Source of the DNA: Candidatus Coprousia avicola
GTDB lineage: Bacteria; Actinomycetota; Coriobacteriia; Coriobacteriales; Coriobacteriaceae
DNA length: 64,000 bases
Reading direction: 5' to 3'
Assembly (NCBI GenBank): GCA_018715125.1
Contig: DVMF01000007.1
Location: forward strand, 38,452 to 102,451
Position 1 is the stretch's first letter, and each line of letters starts with the position of its first letter. Positions 51,025 through 59,896 of this stretch are shown in pieces. The notes below the pieces were generated by a model that had not been told where the DNA came from, did not search any database, and was given only the letters and a program-made list of their open reading frames with translations. The translations under genes were made by a program, and so were the position numbers.

Positions 51025-52074
51025 CTAGTAGACCATCCCCATGGCCTCGCGCACCTCGTCGAGCGTGCGCTCCGCGATCTCGTTGGCACGGCGGTTGCCC
51101 TCGGCGAGGACGTCCCTCACATAGGAGAGGTCGCCCTCAAACTGGTGACGGCGCTCGCGGATTGGGGCGAAGTAGCTGTTGACGGCTTCGGTCACGTACG
51201 CCTTGAGGGCGCCGGAGCCGCCCATGCCGATCTCGGCGGCGATATCCTCGGGCGCGCGGCCGGTGCAGATGGCGGCGGTCGAGAGCAGGCCGGAGACGCC
51301 GGGGCGCTTCTCGGGGTCGAAGGTGATCATGCGCTCGGAGTCGGTCTGGCTCTTCTTGATGCGCTTCGCCGTCTCCTCGGCGGTCATCGAGATCGAGATG
51401 GCGTTACCGTAGGACTTGCTCATCTTGCGTCCGTCGAGGCCGGGCAGAAGCGGGGTCTCGGAGAGCAGGGCGTCCACCTCGGGGAAGACCTTGCCGTAGC
51501 GGTTGTTGAAGCGCCGCGCGATGAGGCGCGTGAGCTCGATGTGCGGCAGCTGGTCGCGACCCACGGGCACGATGTTGCCCTTGCAGAACAGGATGTCGCA
51601 CGCCTGGTGCACCGGATAGGTGAGCAGAAGGCCGGTGAGCTCGTGGCCCGAGGCCTCCATCTCCGCCTTGACGGTGGGGTTGCGGGCGAGCTCCGCCTCG
51701 GAGACGAGCGAGAGGAACGGCAGCATGAGCTGGTTGCACGCGGGGACCGCGGAGTGCGCGTAGATCATGGTCTTGTCCGGGTCGATGCCGCAGGCCAGGT
51801 AGTCCATGATCATGTTGTAGACGTTGTCCTGGATGTGCTCGGTGGTGTCGCGGTCGGTGATGACCTGGTAGTCGGCGATGAGGACGGCCGTGTTGACGCC
51901 CTTGTCCTGCAGCTCCACGCGACGCTTGAGCGTGCCGAAGTAATGGCCGAGGTGAAGCCTGCCGGTGGGGCGGTCGCCCGTGAGCATGCGATAGGCGCCG
52001 GGGTTCTTCTCGAGGTCGGCCGCGATCTGGTCGCTGCGTCTGCTCGCGGTCTCGTAGCTGCGTTCGTTGGGCAT
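51025..52074 (-). CDS. trpS: Tryptophan--tRNA ligase
   Basis: TGDRPTGRLHLGHY, YPVHQACDIL, VPVGRDQ and KMSKS. Confidence 0.97.
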   Translation of the reverse strand: MPNERSYETASRRSDQIAADLEKNPGAYRMLTGDRPTGRLHLGHYFGTLKRRVELQDKGVNTAVLIADYQVITDRDTTEHIQDNVYNMIMDYLACGIDPDKTMIYAHSAVPACNQLMLPFLSLVSEAELARNPTVKAEMEASGHELTGLLLTYPVHQACDILFCKGNIVPVGRDQLPHIELTRLIARRFNNRYGKVFPEVDALLSETPLLPGLDGRKMSKSYGNAISISMTAEETAKRIKKSQTDSERMITFDPEKRPGVSGLLSTAAICTGRAPEDIAAEIGMGGSGALKAYVTEAVNSYFAPIRERRHQFEGDLSYVRDVLAEGNRRANEIAERTLDEVREAMGMVY

Positions 52075-52170
52075 GGGTCTCTCCTAACTCGGGTGCTGAT
52101 GGGGGTAGTGCGGGAAGGACCCGCAAGACGGGGCGGGGAGCAGGGCTCCCGGGTCCGTGGGTCCGGAGTC

Positions 52171-53415
52171 TTAAGGCCGATCGTGGTCGTGCAGATGGTC
52201 CTGAAGCCGTTGGAGCTCCTCGCGGACCTCCTCGTGGCGCTCGACGCGGGCGCGTTCGGCCGCCGCGGCCTCCTCCACAAACGCGGGGTCGTCCGGGGTG
52301 ACGAGCTCGTCTTCGTGCGTCTTGGGATTGTAATGGTGACGGAGCACCGGTTCAAACAGGTGCAGGCGCATGGCAAAGAAGGCGGAGCATACGAGGAGCA
52401 CGATGAAGATGACGATACGCGCCTCGATGGGCACCTGGTTGATGAGGGTGGCGCCGAGGGCGAGCAGGATGCACCACGCGTAGATGAGAAGCACCGCCTG
52501 GCGCTGGTCGTATCCCTCTTGGATGAGGCGGTGGTGGATGTGGCCCTTATCGGCCTGGCCGATGCTCACGTGCGCGCGCTTGCGGCGGACGATGGCGGAG
52601 AGCGTGTCCAAGATGGGCACGCCGGCGACGATGAGCGGGATGAGGAGCGACGTGAGGGCCGCGGTGCGGCTGACCGAGAGGAGCGAGATCATGCCGAGGG
52701 CGAAACCCAGAAGGAGCGAGCCGGCGTCGCCCAGAAAGATGCTCGCCGGATGGAAGTTGTAGCGCAGAAAGGCGACGCACGAGCCGAAGAGCGCGATGGA
52801 GAGCGCCGCCGCGTCGCCGCGGCCGGAGAGCACGGCGAAGCCGAACATCGCGATAGCGGCGATGGCGGAGATGCCCGTCGCCAGACCGTCGAGCCCGTCG
52901 ATCAGGTTGATGATGTTGGCGAAGGCGACGAGGTAGACGACCGTGATGGGATAGGCGAGCCAGCCGAGGTCGATGTAGGTCCCGGGAACGAACGGGTTGA
53001 CGATGCTGCCGATGGTGAGGCCGCCGGCGGCCGCGACGATGGCGGCGACGACCTGCCCGGCGAGCTTGGCGCGCGGTCTGAGCGACACGACGTCGTCGAT
53101 GGCGCCCGTCGCGGTGATGATGCAGACCGAAAGCGCGAGGACCGGGTAGTTGACGGTGAGGCTCGGGTGCGGGACGAGGGCGGACGGCCAGCCCCAGTGC
53201 CAGGTGCCAAAAACCTGCAGCGCGCAGGCGACGACGAGCCCGGCGAACACCGCAAGGCCACCCATGCGCGGAACGGGCTCGGTGTTGATGCGCCGCTTGG
53301 AGGGGTAGTCGACCGCGTCGAGGCGGATGGCGAGGCCCTTGACGGCGGGCACGAGCAGAAGCGTCGTCAATGCCGCCGCGGCCGCGAGGCATATGTAGGG
53401 AACGAGCGAATCCAT
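52171..53415 (-). CDS. Undecaprenyl-phosphate GlcNAc-1-phosphate transferase (WecA/TagO, MraY family)
   Basis: PRMGG, GAIDD, NIINLIDGLDGLA, FLGDAGS and ADKGHIHHRL. Confidence 0.92.
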   Translation of the reverse strand: MDSLVPYICLAAAAALTTLLLVPAVKGLAIRLDAVDYPSKRRINTEPVPRMGGLAVFAGLVVACALQVFGTWHWGWPSALVPHPSLTVNYPVLALSVCIITATGAIDDVVSLRPRAKLAGQVVAAIVAAAGGLTIGSIVNPFVPGTYIDLGWLAYPITVVYLVAFANIINLIDGLDGLATGISAIAAIAMFGFAVLSGRGDAAALSIALFGSCVAFLRYNFHPASIFLGDAGSLLLGFALGMISLLSVSRTAALTSLLIPLIVAGVPILDTLSAIVRRKRAHVSIGQADKGHIHHRLIQEGYDQRQAVLLIYAWCILLALGATLINQVPIEARIVIFIVLLVCSAFFAMRLHLFEPVLRHHYNPKTHEDELVTPDDPAFVEEAAAAERARVERHEEVREELQRLQDHLHDHDRP

Positions 53416-53703
53416 AGGGGCAAAACCGCCGGGAGTCGGGGACGAATATGCTGCGACGGCGCCCCTCCGGCGGGGGAGCGGTGCCGAATCGCCATCCATG
53501 ATACTCGAAGCGGGCGTGCGGATGAGGTGCGGCGCCGATCGACCACGCAGCTATCAGAATTGCGCGGCCAAATGTGCCCCAAAAGTAACAATATAGGCTT
53601 TTACGTGGAGAAATGTGTTGTTCAGACGAACACTCCCATCATCTGACACAGGTTTTGATAAGTCAAGACTGGTATTACAAATTGCGTCGCGTATGATGAA
53701 GTT

Positions 53704-53868
53704 GTTCCGCTCCCCGCGGAGCAACTGGGTGAACCGTCGCGTTTTACTAGGGAGCCCACACAGTCGCGTTAGTACAGGTATCCTTCGTTGTTAAGGACGC
53801 TGGAAGAGGCGATGAGGGCGCCCACCTTGCAGAGGTGGGTTCATTATGGCAAAGCGGGGAGCGGTCAT
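53704..53868 (+). ncRNA. ssrS: Probable 6S RNA
   Basis: About 165-nt rod structure. The closing stem is CCGCTCCCCGC/GCGGGGAGCGG, with inner helices TGAACC/GGTTCA and CGTCGC/GCGATG. It carries Firmicutes-like 6S motifs GAACCGTC, GGGAGCC and CCCACC, with a -10 TATGAT upstream and a terminator downstream. End coordinates are approximate. Confidence 0.72.
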
Positions 53869-53880
53869 CTTGTGCGTATG

Positions 53881-53910
53881 GCGGCTCCCGCGTTTGCGGG
53901 GCCGCTTTTT
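53881..53910. terminator. Intrinsic terminator after the ncRNA
   Basis: GCGGCTCCCGC-GTTT-GCGGGGCCGC followed by TTTTT. Confidence 0.75.
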
Positions 53911-53915
53911 TGTCG

Positions 53916-54638
53916 CTACACGGCGCTGCGTACGGCGGTGTCGTGGAAGCAGAACATCTCGGGATGATGGCGCGACTCGGTGTACTCGAACATGATGCCC
54001 TGGCCGTCGAACGTCTGGCTCGTCATCACCGCCACGTAGTCGGCGTCGCCCAGATCGAGCATGTCCCGGTCGTGGTCGGTCGCGCGCTCCACGGTGATGG
54101 TGCGCTTGCTGGTGGCGACGGTGAGCCCGCGCTCGTCCTCGAGGAAGGCGTAGATGGAGTCCTCGGCGATCGTTGGCGTGAGGCCCTCGACGCTTGACGC
54201 GAGAAAATAGCTGCGGTCGAGAATGAGGGGGCGGCCGTCGAGGATGCGCTTGCGCTCGACGGTCACGAGTTCGGTGCCCTCGGGATGCCCGGTGCGGTGC
54301 GCGAGCGCCCCGTCGGCGACGAGGGTGGAGAAGTCGGTCACCTCGGTTCGGGCGTGCAGGCGGTTGTGCGCAGACGTCTCCCTAAACGACTGGATGCCGC
54401 CGACCTCGAAGGTCGCCCGCTCGCGCGCCTGCCAGATGACGCGCACGCCCTTGCCGTGGACGGGCTGGACGTAGCCCTTCTCCTTCAACAGGGCGAGGGC
54501 GCGCCTGAGCGTGTTGTGCGAGCAGGAGAACGCCTGGGTGAGCGCGCTCTCGGAGGGGAGCAGGCTCTGGTACGGATAGGTGCCGTCCTCGATGTGCTCG
54601 CGGAGGGTGCGGTAGATGGTGTCGTAGCGCGCTTTCAT
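53916..54638 (-). CDS. treR: GntR-family trehalose operon repressor
   Basis: LLPSESAL, SHNTLRRAL, GYVQPVHGKGV, UTRA domain with SIYAFLE and YTESRHHP; divergent from treB-treC. Confidence 0.9.
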   Translation of the reverse strand: MKARYDTIYRTLREHIEDGTYPYQSLLPSESALTQAFSCSHNTLRRALALLKEKGYVQPVHGKGVRVIWQARERATFEVGGIQSFRETSAHNRLHARTEVTDFSTLVADGALAHRTGHPEGTELVTVERKRILDGRPLILDRSYFLASSVEGLTPTIAEDSIYAFLEDERGLTVATSKRTITVERATDHDRDMLDLGDADYVAVMTSQTFDGQGIMFEYTESRHHPEMFCFHDTAVRSAV

Positions 54639-54700
54639 AGCGGTTATCTCCTTTGGGTGCATGGTCGCACCAACTATAGCTCAGATACGCGAGCGAAGGA

Positions 54701-54823
54701 CAACTCATATGAATAAGTATGCCGTTTGCCGGCGCACGGGGACCGTTCGCCGGAATGCCGAGGTTCCCGCAACTCATTCAAATGAGTTGCGGCATACTGT
54801 AGTCAACTTATTCAGATAAGTTG
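54701..54823. promoter_or_regulatory. Three palindromic TreR operator candidates
   Basis: CAACTCAT-ATGA-ATAAGTAT (54701), GCAACTCATT-CA-AATGAGTTGC (54769-54790, perfect) and CAACTTAT-TCAG-ATAAGTTG (54804-54823, perfect). Confidence 0.72.
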
Positions 54824-54866
54824 CATCCCACGGGATGCGGGGTACGGCTACAAAGGAGGTAGCTCG

Positions 54867-56330
54867 ATGGCGAAGTACACGGAGGACGCGTCGCGTCTAC
54901 TCGACCTCGTCGGCGGCAAGGAGAACATCTCAGCGGTGACGCACTGCATGACGCGCATGCGGTTCGTGCTGGTGGACGAGGGCAAGGCCGACGTCTCGGC
55001 GATCGAGGCGCTGCCCGCGGCGAAGGGCACGTTCACCCAGGCGGGGCAGTTCCAGGTCATCATCGGCAACGACGTCGCCGACTTCTACCAGGAATTCAGC
55101 AAGGTATCGGGTATCGAGGGCGTTTCCAAGGAGGCGGCTAAGGCGGCGGCCGGCGCCAACCAGAACCCGCTGCAGCGCGCCATGGGCGTGCTCGGCGAGA
55201 TTTTCGCCCCGCTCATCCCCGCGCTCATCTGCGGCGGTCTGATCCTCGGCTTCCGCAACATCATCGGCGAGGTCAACTTCTTCAACGACGCGGGCGCCTT
55301 CGACCTCGAGCACGGCACGCTCTCGATCGCGGACATCTCCACGTTCTGGATGGGCATGTACAACTTCCTGTGGGTCATCGGCGAGGCCGTCTTCCACATG
55401 CTGCCCGTGGGGATCTGCTGGTCGGTAACCCGCAAGATGGGGACGACGCCCATCTTGGGCATCATCCTCGGCCTGACGCTCGTGTCGCCGCAGCTGCTCA
55501 ACGGCTTCTCGGCGGCGGGTGCCGATGCCGAGACCATCGCCGCGCACACCTACGACTTCGGGTTCTTCTCCTTTGTGGGGACCGGCTACCAGGGGCAGGT
55601 CATCGCCGCGCTCATGGCCGCCTTCGTCCTGGTGGCGCTCGAGAAGTTCTTCACCAAGGTCACGCCTGAGGTCGTGCGCATGATCGTCGTGCCGTTCATG
55701 TCGCTCGTGCCCGCCGTGTTCATCGCGCACCTCGTGGTGGGTCCCATCGGCTGGGCCATCGGCAACGGCATCGCCGACGTCGTCAACTGGGGCCTCTCGT
55801 CCAACGTGCGCGTCCTCTTCGCGGCCGTGTTCGGTGCGCTCTACGCCCCGCTCGTCATGACCGGCCTGCACCATATGACCAACGCCATCGACACCCAGCT
55901 CGTCAACAGCCTCGGTTACACCACGCTCTGGCCCATGATCGCGCTCTCCAACATCGCGCAGGGCTCCGCCGTGCTCGCCATGATCGTGCTCCAGAAGAAC
56001 AACGAGCGCGCCCAGCAGGTCAACATCCCCGCTTGCGTGTCGTGCTACCTCGGCGTGACCGAGCCGGCGCTCTTCGGCGTCAACCTCAAGTACAAGTTCC
56101 CGCTCCTCTGCGGTATGGCGGGATCGGCGCTCGCGGCCATGGTGTGCACGGGCTTCTCGGTCAAGGCGCTCTCCATCGGCGTCGGCGGCGTGCCCGGCAT
56201 CCTCTCTATCATGTTCGAGTACTGGGGCCTCTTCGCGCTCTGCATGGCCATCGCCATCGTGGTGCCGTTTGCCCTCACGCTCGTGTTGGGCGGCCGCCGG
56301 CTTGCGGCTGAGGAGCGCGGGCTCGCCTAG
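54867..56330 (+). CDS. treB: PTS trehalose-specific EIIBC
   Basis: HCMTRMRF active-site Cys, GQFQVIIG, TGLHHM and GVTEPALFGVNL. Confidence 0.92.
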   Translation: MAKYTEDASRLLDLVGGKENISAVTHCMTRMRFVLVDEGKADVSAIEALPAAKGTFTQAGQFQVIIGNDVADFYQEFSKVSGIEGVSKEAAKAAAGANQNPLQRAMGVLGEIFAPLIPALICGGLILGFRNIIGEVNFFNDAGAFDLEHGTLSIADISTFWMGMYNFLWVIGEAVFHMLPVGICWSVTRKMGTTPILGIILGLTLVSPQLLNGFSAAGADAETIAAHTYDFGFFSFVGTGYQGQVIAALMAAFVLVALEKFFTKVTPEVVRMIVVPFMSLVPAVFIAHLVVGPIGWAIGNGIADVVNWGLSSNVRVLFAAVFGALYAPLVMTGLHHMTNAIDTQLVNSLGYTTLWPMIALSNIAQGSAVLAMIVLQKNNERAQQVNIPACVSCYLGVTEPALFGVNLKYKFPLLCGMAGSALAAMVCTGFSVKALSIGVGGVPGILSIMFEYWGLFALCMAIAIVVPFALTLVLGGRRLAAEERGLA

Positions 56331-56483
56331 CGATGGGCGCCCCGGCGCGGACCCGGCGCCCGTTGCTGCGCGCGGCGGGTACCGGGCCCGGCCTCGAAGG
56401 GCGCGCCGCCCCGACCCTAGATTCTTGGCGGGGCGGCTCGCGACTGAGGATGCTGAAACGACCGACACGAGAGGAGGGCGACC

Positions 56484-58220
56484 ATGGGCGCCCATGAGAG
56501 GGACCTCGGCAAGACCGTGGTCTACCAGATCTACATCAAGAGCTTCTGCGATAGCGACGGCGACGGTGTCGGCGATTTGCGCGGCATCACCTCCAAGCTC
56601 GATTACCTCGCCTACCTGGGGGTCGACTACGTGTGGATCACCCCGTTCTTCCCGTCGCCGCAGCGCGACAACGGCTACGACATCTCCGATTACTGCGCGG
56701 TCGACCCGGTCTTCGGCACGATGGACGATTTTGACGAGCTGGTGGCCGAGGCCCGCCGCCGCGGGATCGGCATCATGCTCGACATGGTGCTCTGCCATAC
56801 CTCGAGCGAGCACGTCTGGTTCCAGCGGGCGCTTGCGGGCGACGAGCGGTACCGGAGCTACTATATCCTGCGCGACGGCAGGGGCTCGACCGGCCCCGGC
56901 GACCCCGGTGAGCCGCCGACCAACTGGCAGAGCGCCTTTGGCGGCAGCATGTGGGAGTGGGAGCCGCGCCTTGGCAAGTGGTACCTCCACATGCACGACG
57001 TGACCCAGCCGGACCTCAACTGGGACAACCCCGAGGTCCGCGCCGAGCTCGCGCAGGTGGTGCGCTTCTGGCGCGACCGCGGGGTGGCGGGCTTCCGCTT
57101 CGACGTGGTGAGCCTCATCTCCAAGCCGGAGGTGTTCGAGGACGCCGGTCCCGAAGGCGGGCGCTCGCTCATCGCGGACGGCCCGCATGTGCACGAGTAC
57201 CTGCGGGAGCTGGTGCGCGAGGCGGGTATCGACGGGATGCTCACGGTGGGCGAGATGGCGGCGACCACGCTTGAGAACTGCGTGCGCTACACCAACCCCG
57301 CAAGCCATGAGCTCGGCATGGTCTTCAGCTTCCATCACCTGAAGGTCGATTACCTGAACGGCAGCAAGTGGGCGCTCCAGGACCCCGACATCGCTCGTCT
57401 GCGCGAGCTCTTTTCCACCTGGCAGGAGCGCATGCAGGAGGGGCACGGCTGGAGCGCGCTCTTCTGGAACAACCACGATCAGCCGCGCGCCGTCACGCGC
57501 TTCGGCGGGCGTGAGGGCGTGGGCGAGGCCGTCGGCAGCTGGGAGCTCGCGGCCAAGATGCTCGGCGTCTGTGCGCATCTCATGCAGGGCACGCCCTATA
57601 TCTTCCAGGGCGAGGAGATTGGCATGGTAAACGCCGGGTACGCATCGATCGACGACTATCGCGACGTCGAGAGCCATAACGCGTACCGCACGCTGGTGGA
57701 GGCGGGGTCGACGCCCGCCGAGGCGCTGCACGTGGTGGGCGAGCGCTCGCGCGACAACGGGCGGACGCCCATGCAGTGGACGGATGCGCCGGGGGCCGGC
57801 TTTACGGCGGGCGAGCCCTGGCTCGCGATCCCGCCCTCGTCGGCGCTGGTGAACGTGGCCGCCGAGAAGGGCCGTCCGGGCTCGATCCTCGAATTCTATC
57901 GCGAGCTCGCGCGCCTGCGCCATGAGCTCGCGGTGATCGCCGATGGCCGCGTCCGCTTTATCGACCCCGGTGAGGGGGCGCCCCGTGCGATCATGTTCGA
58001 GCGCTGGCTCGAGGGCGAGGCGGCGCGCGAGGCCGCCGATGCGGGCGCCCCGGTGCGCCTCCTTACGGTGTGTTCGTTTGATGAGGGGGCATCTTCGGTG
58101 GATCTGCCGGACGCCTGGCGCTCGGCCGAGCAGCTCATCGGCAACTACGGCGACGTGCGGCAATGCGGAGGGACGCTTGCGCTCAGGCCCTTCGAGGCGC
58201 AGGTTCTCTGGACGCGCTGA
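56484..58220 (+). CDS. treC: Trehalose-6-phosphate hydrolase (GH13)
   Basis: YQIYIKSF, SPQRDNGYDISDY, QPDLNW, GFRFDV, NNHDQPR and RSRDNGRTPMQW. Confidence 0.92.
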   Translation: MGAHERDLGKTVVYQIYIKSFCDSDGDGVGDLRGITSKLDYLAYLGVDYVWITPFFPSPQRDNGYDISDYCAVDPVFGTMDDFDELVAEARRRGIGIMLDMVLCHTSSEHVWFQRALAGDERYRSYYILRDGRGSTGPGDPGEPPTNWQSAFGGSMWEWEPRLGKWYLHMHDVTQPDLNWDNPEVRAELAQVVRFWRDRGVAGFRFDVVSLISKPEVFEDAGPEGGRSLIADGPHVHEYLRELVREAGIDGMLTVGEMAATTLENCVRYTNPASHELGMVFSFHHLKVDYLNGSKWALQDPDIARLRELFSTWQERMQEGHGWSALFWNNHDQPRAVTRFGGREGVGEAVGSWELAAKMLGVCAHLMQGTPYIFQGEEIGMVNAGYASIDDYRDVESHNAYRTLVEAGSTPAEALHVVGERSRDNGRTPMQWTDAPGAGFTAGEPWLAIPPSSALVNVAAEKGRPGSILEFYRELARLRHELAVIADGRVRFIDPGEGAPRAIMFERWLEGEAAREAADAGAPVRLLTVCSFDEGASSVDLPDAWRSAEQLIGNYGDVRQCGGTLALRPFEAQVLWTR

Positions 58221-58229
58221 TTTTTGTTG

Positions 58230-58257
58230 TTGACAGCCGCGTGGGACTTGCTAGAAT
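58230..58257 (+). promoter_or_regulatory. Strong housekeeping promoter of tRNA-Ala
   Basis: TTGACA-N16-TAGAAT. Confidence 0.75.
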
Positions 58258-58269
58258 TAATCCTCGCTT

Positions 58270-58345
58270 GGGGACGTAGCTCAGCTGGGAGAGCGCTGCC
58301 GTCGCATGGCAGAGGCCGAGGGTTCGATTCCCTTCGTCTCCACCA
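58270..58345 (+). tRNA. tRNA-Ala (anticodon CGC)
   Basis: 76-nt cloverleaf with acceptor stem GGGGACG/CGTCTCC including the G3:U70 Ala identity pair, anticodon stem CTGCC/GGCAG with loop GTCGCAT, GTTCGA T-loop and encoded CCA. Confidence 0.97.
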
Positions 58346-58359
58346 CAAGCCAATCAGCC

Positions 58360-58395
58360 AAACCCGTAGGTTTACCTGCGGGTTTGTTGCTTTTT
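58360..58395. terminator. Terminator hairpin after tRNA-Ala
   Basis: AAACCCGTAGGT/ACCTGCGGGTTT stem followed by a T-rich tract. Confidence 0.6.
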
Positions 58396-58580
58396 AGGTC
58401 CTTCTTGATGAGATTCGGGCGAGGAGCACTTCGCCATGCCCTCGAGCGCCGACTCAAGGATGATGCCCTCCTGGCAGTCCGGCACGTCCTCGGGTCATAT
58501 GCTTGGCATAACAAGTTTTGCCGGTCTTTCAGCCCCTTCCCTCCCGTCGTTGTCAAGCTAGAGGAGGAAAGGGACGGTCT

Positions 58581-59444
58581 CTATTTCAGGATGTCACGCC
58601 ACTCTTCGGGAAAGCGCATCGGTTGCAGCGATACATCGCCATGCTTCGAGATGGCGGCATCAAGTCCGTCGAGCATCAAAGGCCATCGTTTCGGCCACGA
58701 TTGTTCGTAGATTCTTTTGAGCACCAGGAACGTCGGGAATTCTTTGTCGCTATCATGTCTCGTGTCTCGTTTCAGAAGGTTCGCCCTCGTAGTCATGATG
58801 CGGTTATACAGTCGACTGTGGTGGCCACAAATGTTCCTTATGTACGTTAAGTGTCTCAACCAGCTCTTCAGGATGAATGGTTTGACTCCGAACCCGCTGG
58901 CTATCGACTTCGCAACGCCGCTTTTCGCTGAATCAAGGTTGCCGTAAAGCTGGGATACCGTTCCCATACTCATGATTTCAACGGCGGCCCATATCGGAAG
59001 ATCCCCGTATTTTTCGATGTTGTGCACAACGCAGGGGACGCCGTCGCGAAGGGCTCTGTTCCGCTCCCTAGTTAGGGATTCCATGGAATGGGCGTGCGCG
59101 ATGGTGCTTTTGAAGTACCGGTTGTCCTCGTGGGCGAGTGCCCCGCACTCCATCGACATGTGGTATGCGAAGAGGGTGCGCACTTTTATCTCGATGGGCG
59201 CGATGGCCTCCCATACCCACGTGCGCAAAGCGCAGTCAAGTTCGTAGGTATCCCAGATGGAATCAAATGTCGTGCCAGGAATAAACTGACCGTCCAGCTC
59301 GTATGTGAGCCAATACCCGCGCAGCCTGTAATAGTTCGTCTCGGACAGACGCCGCAAAGCCAGCTCCTCGTCGCCGACAGTCAGGCCGCGATTGCGCATG
59401 AGCTCGAGCTGGTCGGTGAACGACAGAGGGGGCTTCAGCGGGAT
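58581..59444 (-). CDS. Abi_2 (AbiD/AbiF)-family HEPN nuclease; expected start codon reads ATC
   Basis: KPPLSFTDQLELMRNRGL, NYYRLRGY, IEI.VRT, PIWAAVEIMSMG.VS.LY and the RNICGHHSRLYNR HEPN RxxxxH motif; AT-richer than the flanks. Confidence 0.88.
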   Translation of the reverse strand: MPLKPPLSFTDQLELMRNRGLTVGDEELALRRLSETNYYRLRGYWLTYELDGQFIPGTTFDSIWDTYELDCALRTWVWEAIAPIEIKVRTLFAYHMSMECGALAHEDNRYFKSTIAHAHSMESLTRERNRALRDGVPCVVHNIEKYGDLPIWAAVEIMSMGTVSQLYGNLDSAKSGVAKSIASGFGVKPFILKSWLRHLTYIRNICGHHSRLYNRIMTTRANLLKRDTRHDSDKEFPTFLVLKRIYEQSWPKRWPLMLDGLDAAISKHGDVSLQPMRFPEEWRDILK

Positions 59445-59446
59445 AG

Positions 59447-59501
59447 AAAACGACCCCGCCTGGTTCGCTCCACTTTCGTGGGTCGCGCGCGGGGTACTGT
59501 C
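59447..59501 (-). ncRNA. abiF-motif-like structured RNA/leader
   Basis: Minus strand reads ACCCCGC...CCAC-GAAA-GTGG...GCGGGGT-CGTTTT, directly between a TTGAAA-N18-AATAAT promoter and the abi ORF. Confidence 0.6.
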
Positions 59502-59896
59502 TAGAGCATTATTGCCCAATCTGCCACATCCTTTCAACTCCATTCGCCGATTCGACATTTGGATTGCGAGATGCAACGCCATTGTAAGTGTCGCACGACC
59601 CTGCAGGGGCGGCAAACCAACGTGCGGCAGCGATCAGGCTGTCATGTGCTATTCCGGGGTACGCGTCAGCCTGAACCGTTTGTGGTTGATGGGGTGGTCC
59701 CGATATGGGAGAATCGTACGCGCAGAGCGTAGCACACTACGAGGAGTGCTTCTGATAGGGGAAACACAGGCGCAGATTCTGTCGTCGCACGGGATCCGCT
59801 CCAGCAATGGGGCGGTGTTTTACTATGAGCTGGACAGTGCCAAGAGGAAAAACCGAGCCCGCCGTGCGCGCCCGGTGCGCAGAGGGGGAGTGCCAC

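Noticed and set aside
52075-52170. T-box leader for trpS
   Set aside because: The gap is only ~95 bp and has no T-box (AAGGTGGTACC-like) motif or specifier stem.
59445-59615. 57-aa N-terminal extension of the Abi ORF from the ORF track
   Set aside because: It overlaps the predicted promoter and RNA element and has no Abi_2 similarity.
59790-59812. GGGATCCGCTCCAGCA as an attR copy of the tRNA-Ala 3' end
   Set aside because: Only CTCCA-CA matches, which is too short to support an attachment site.
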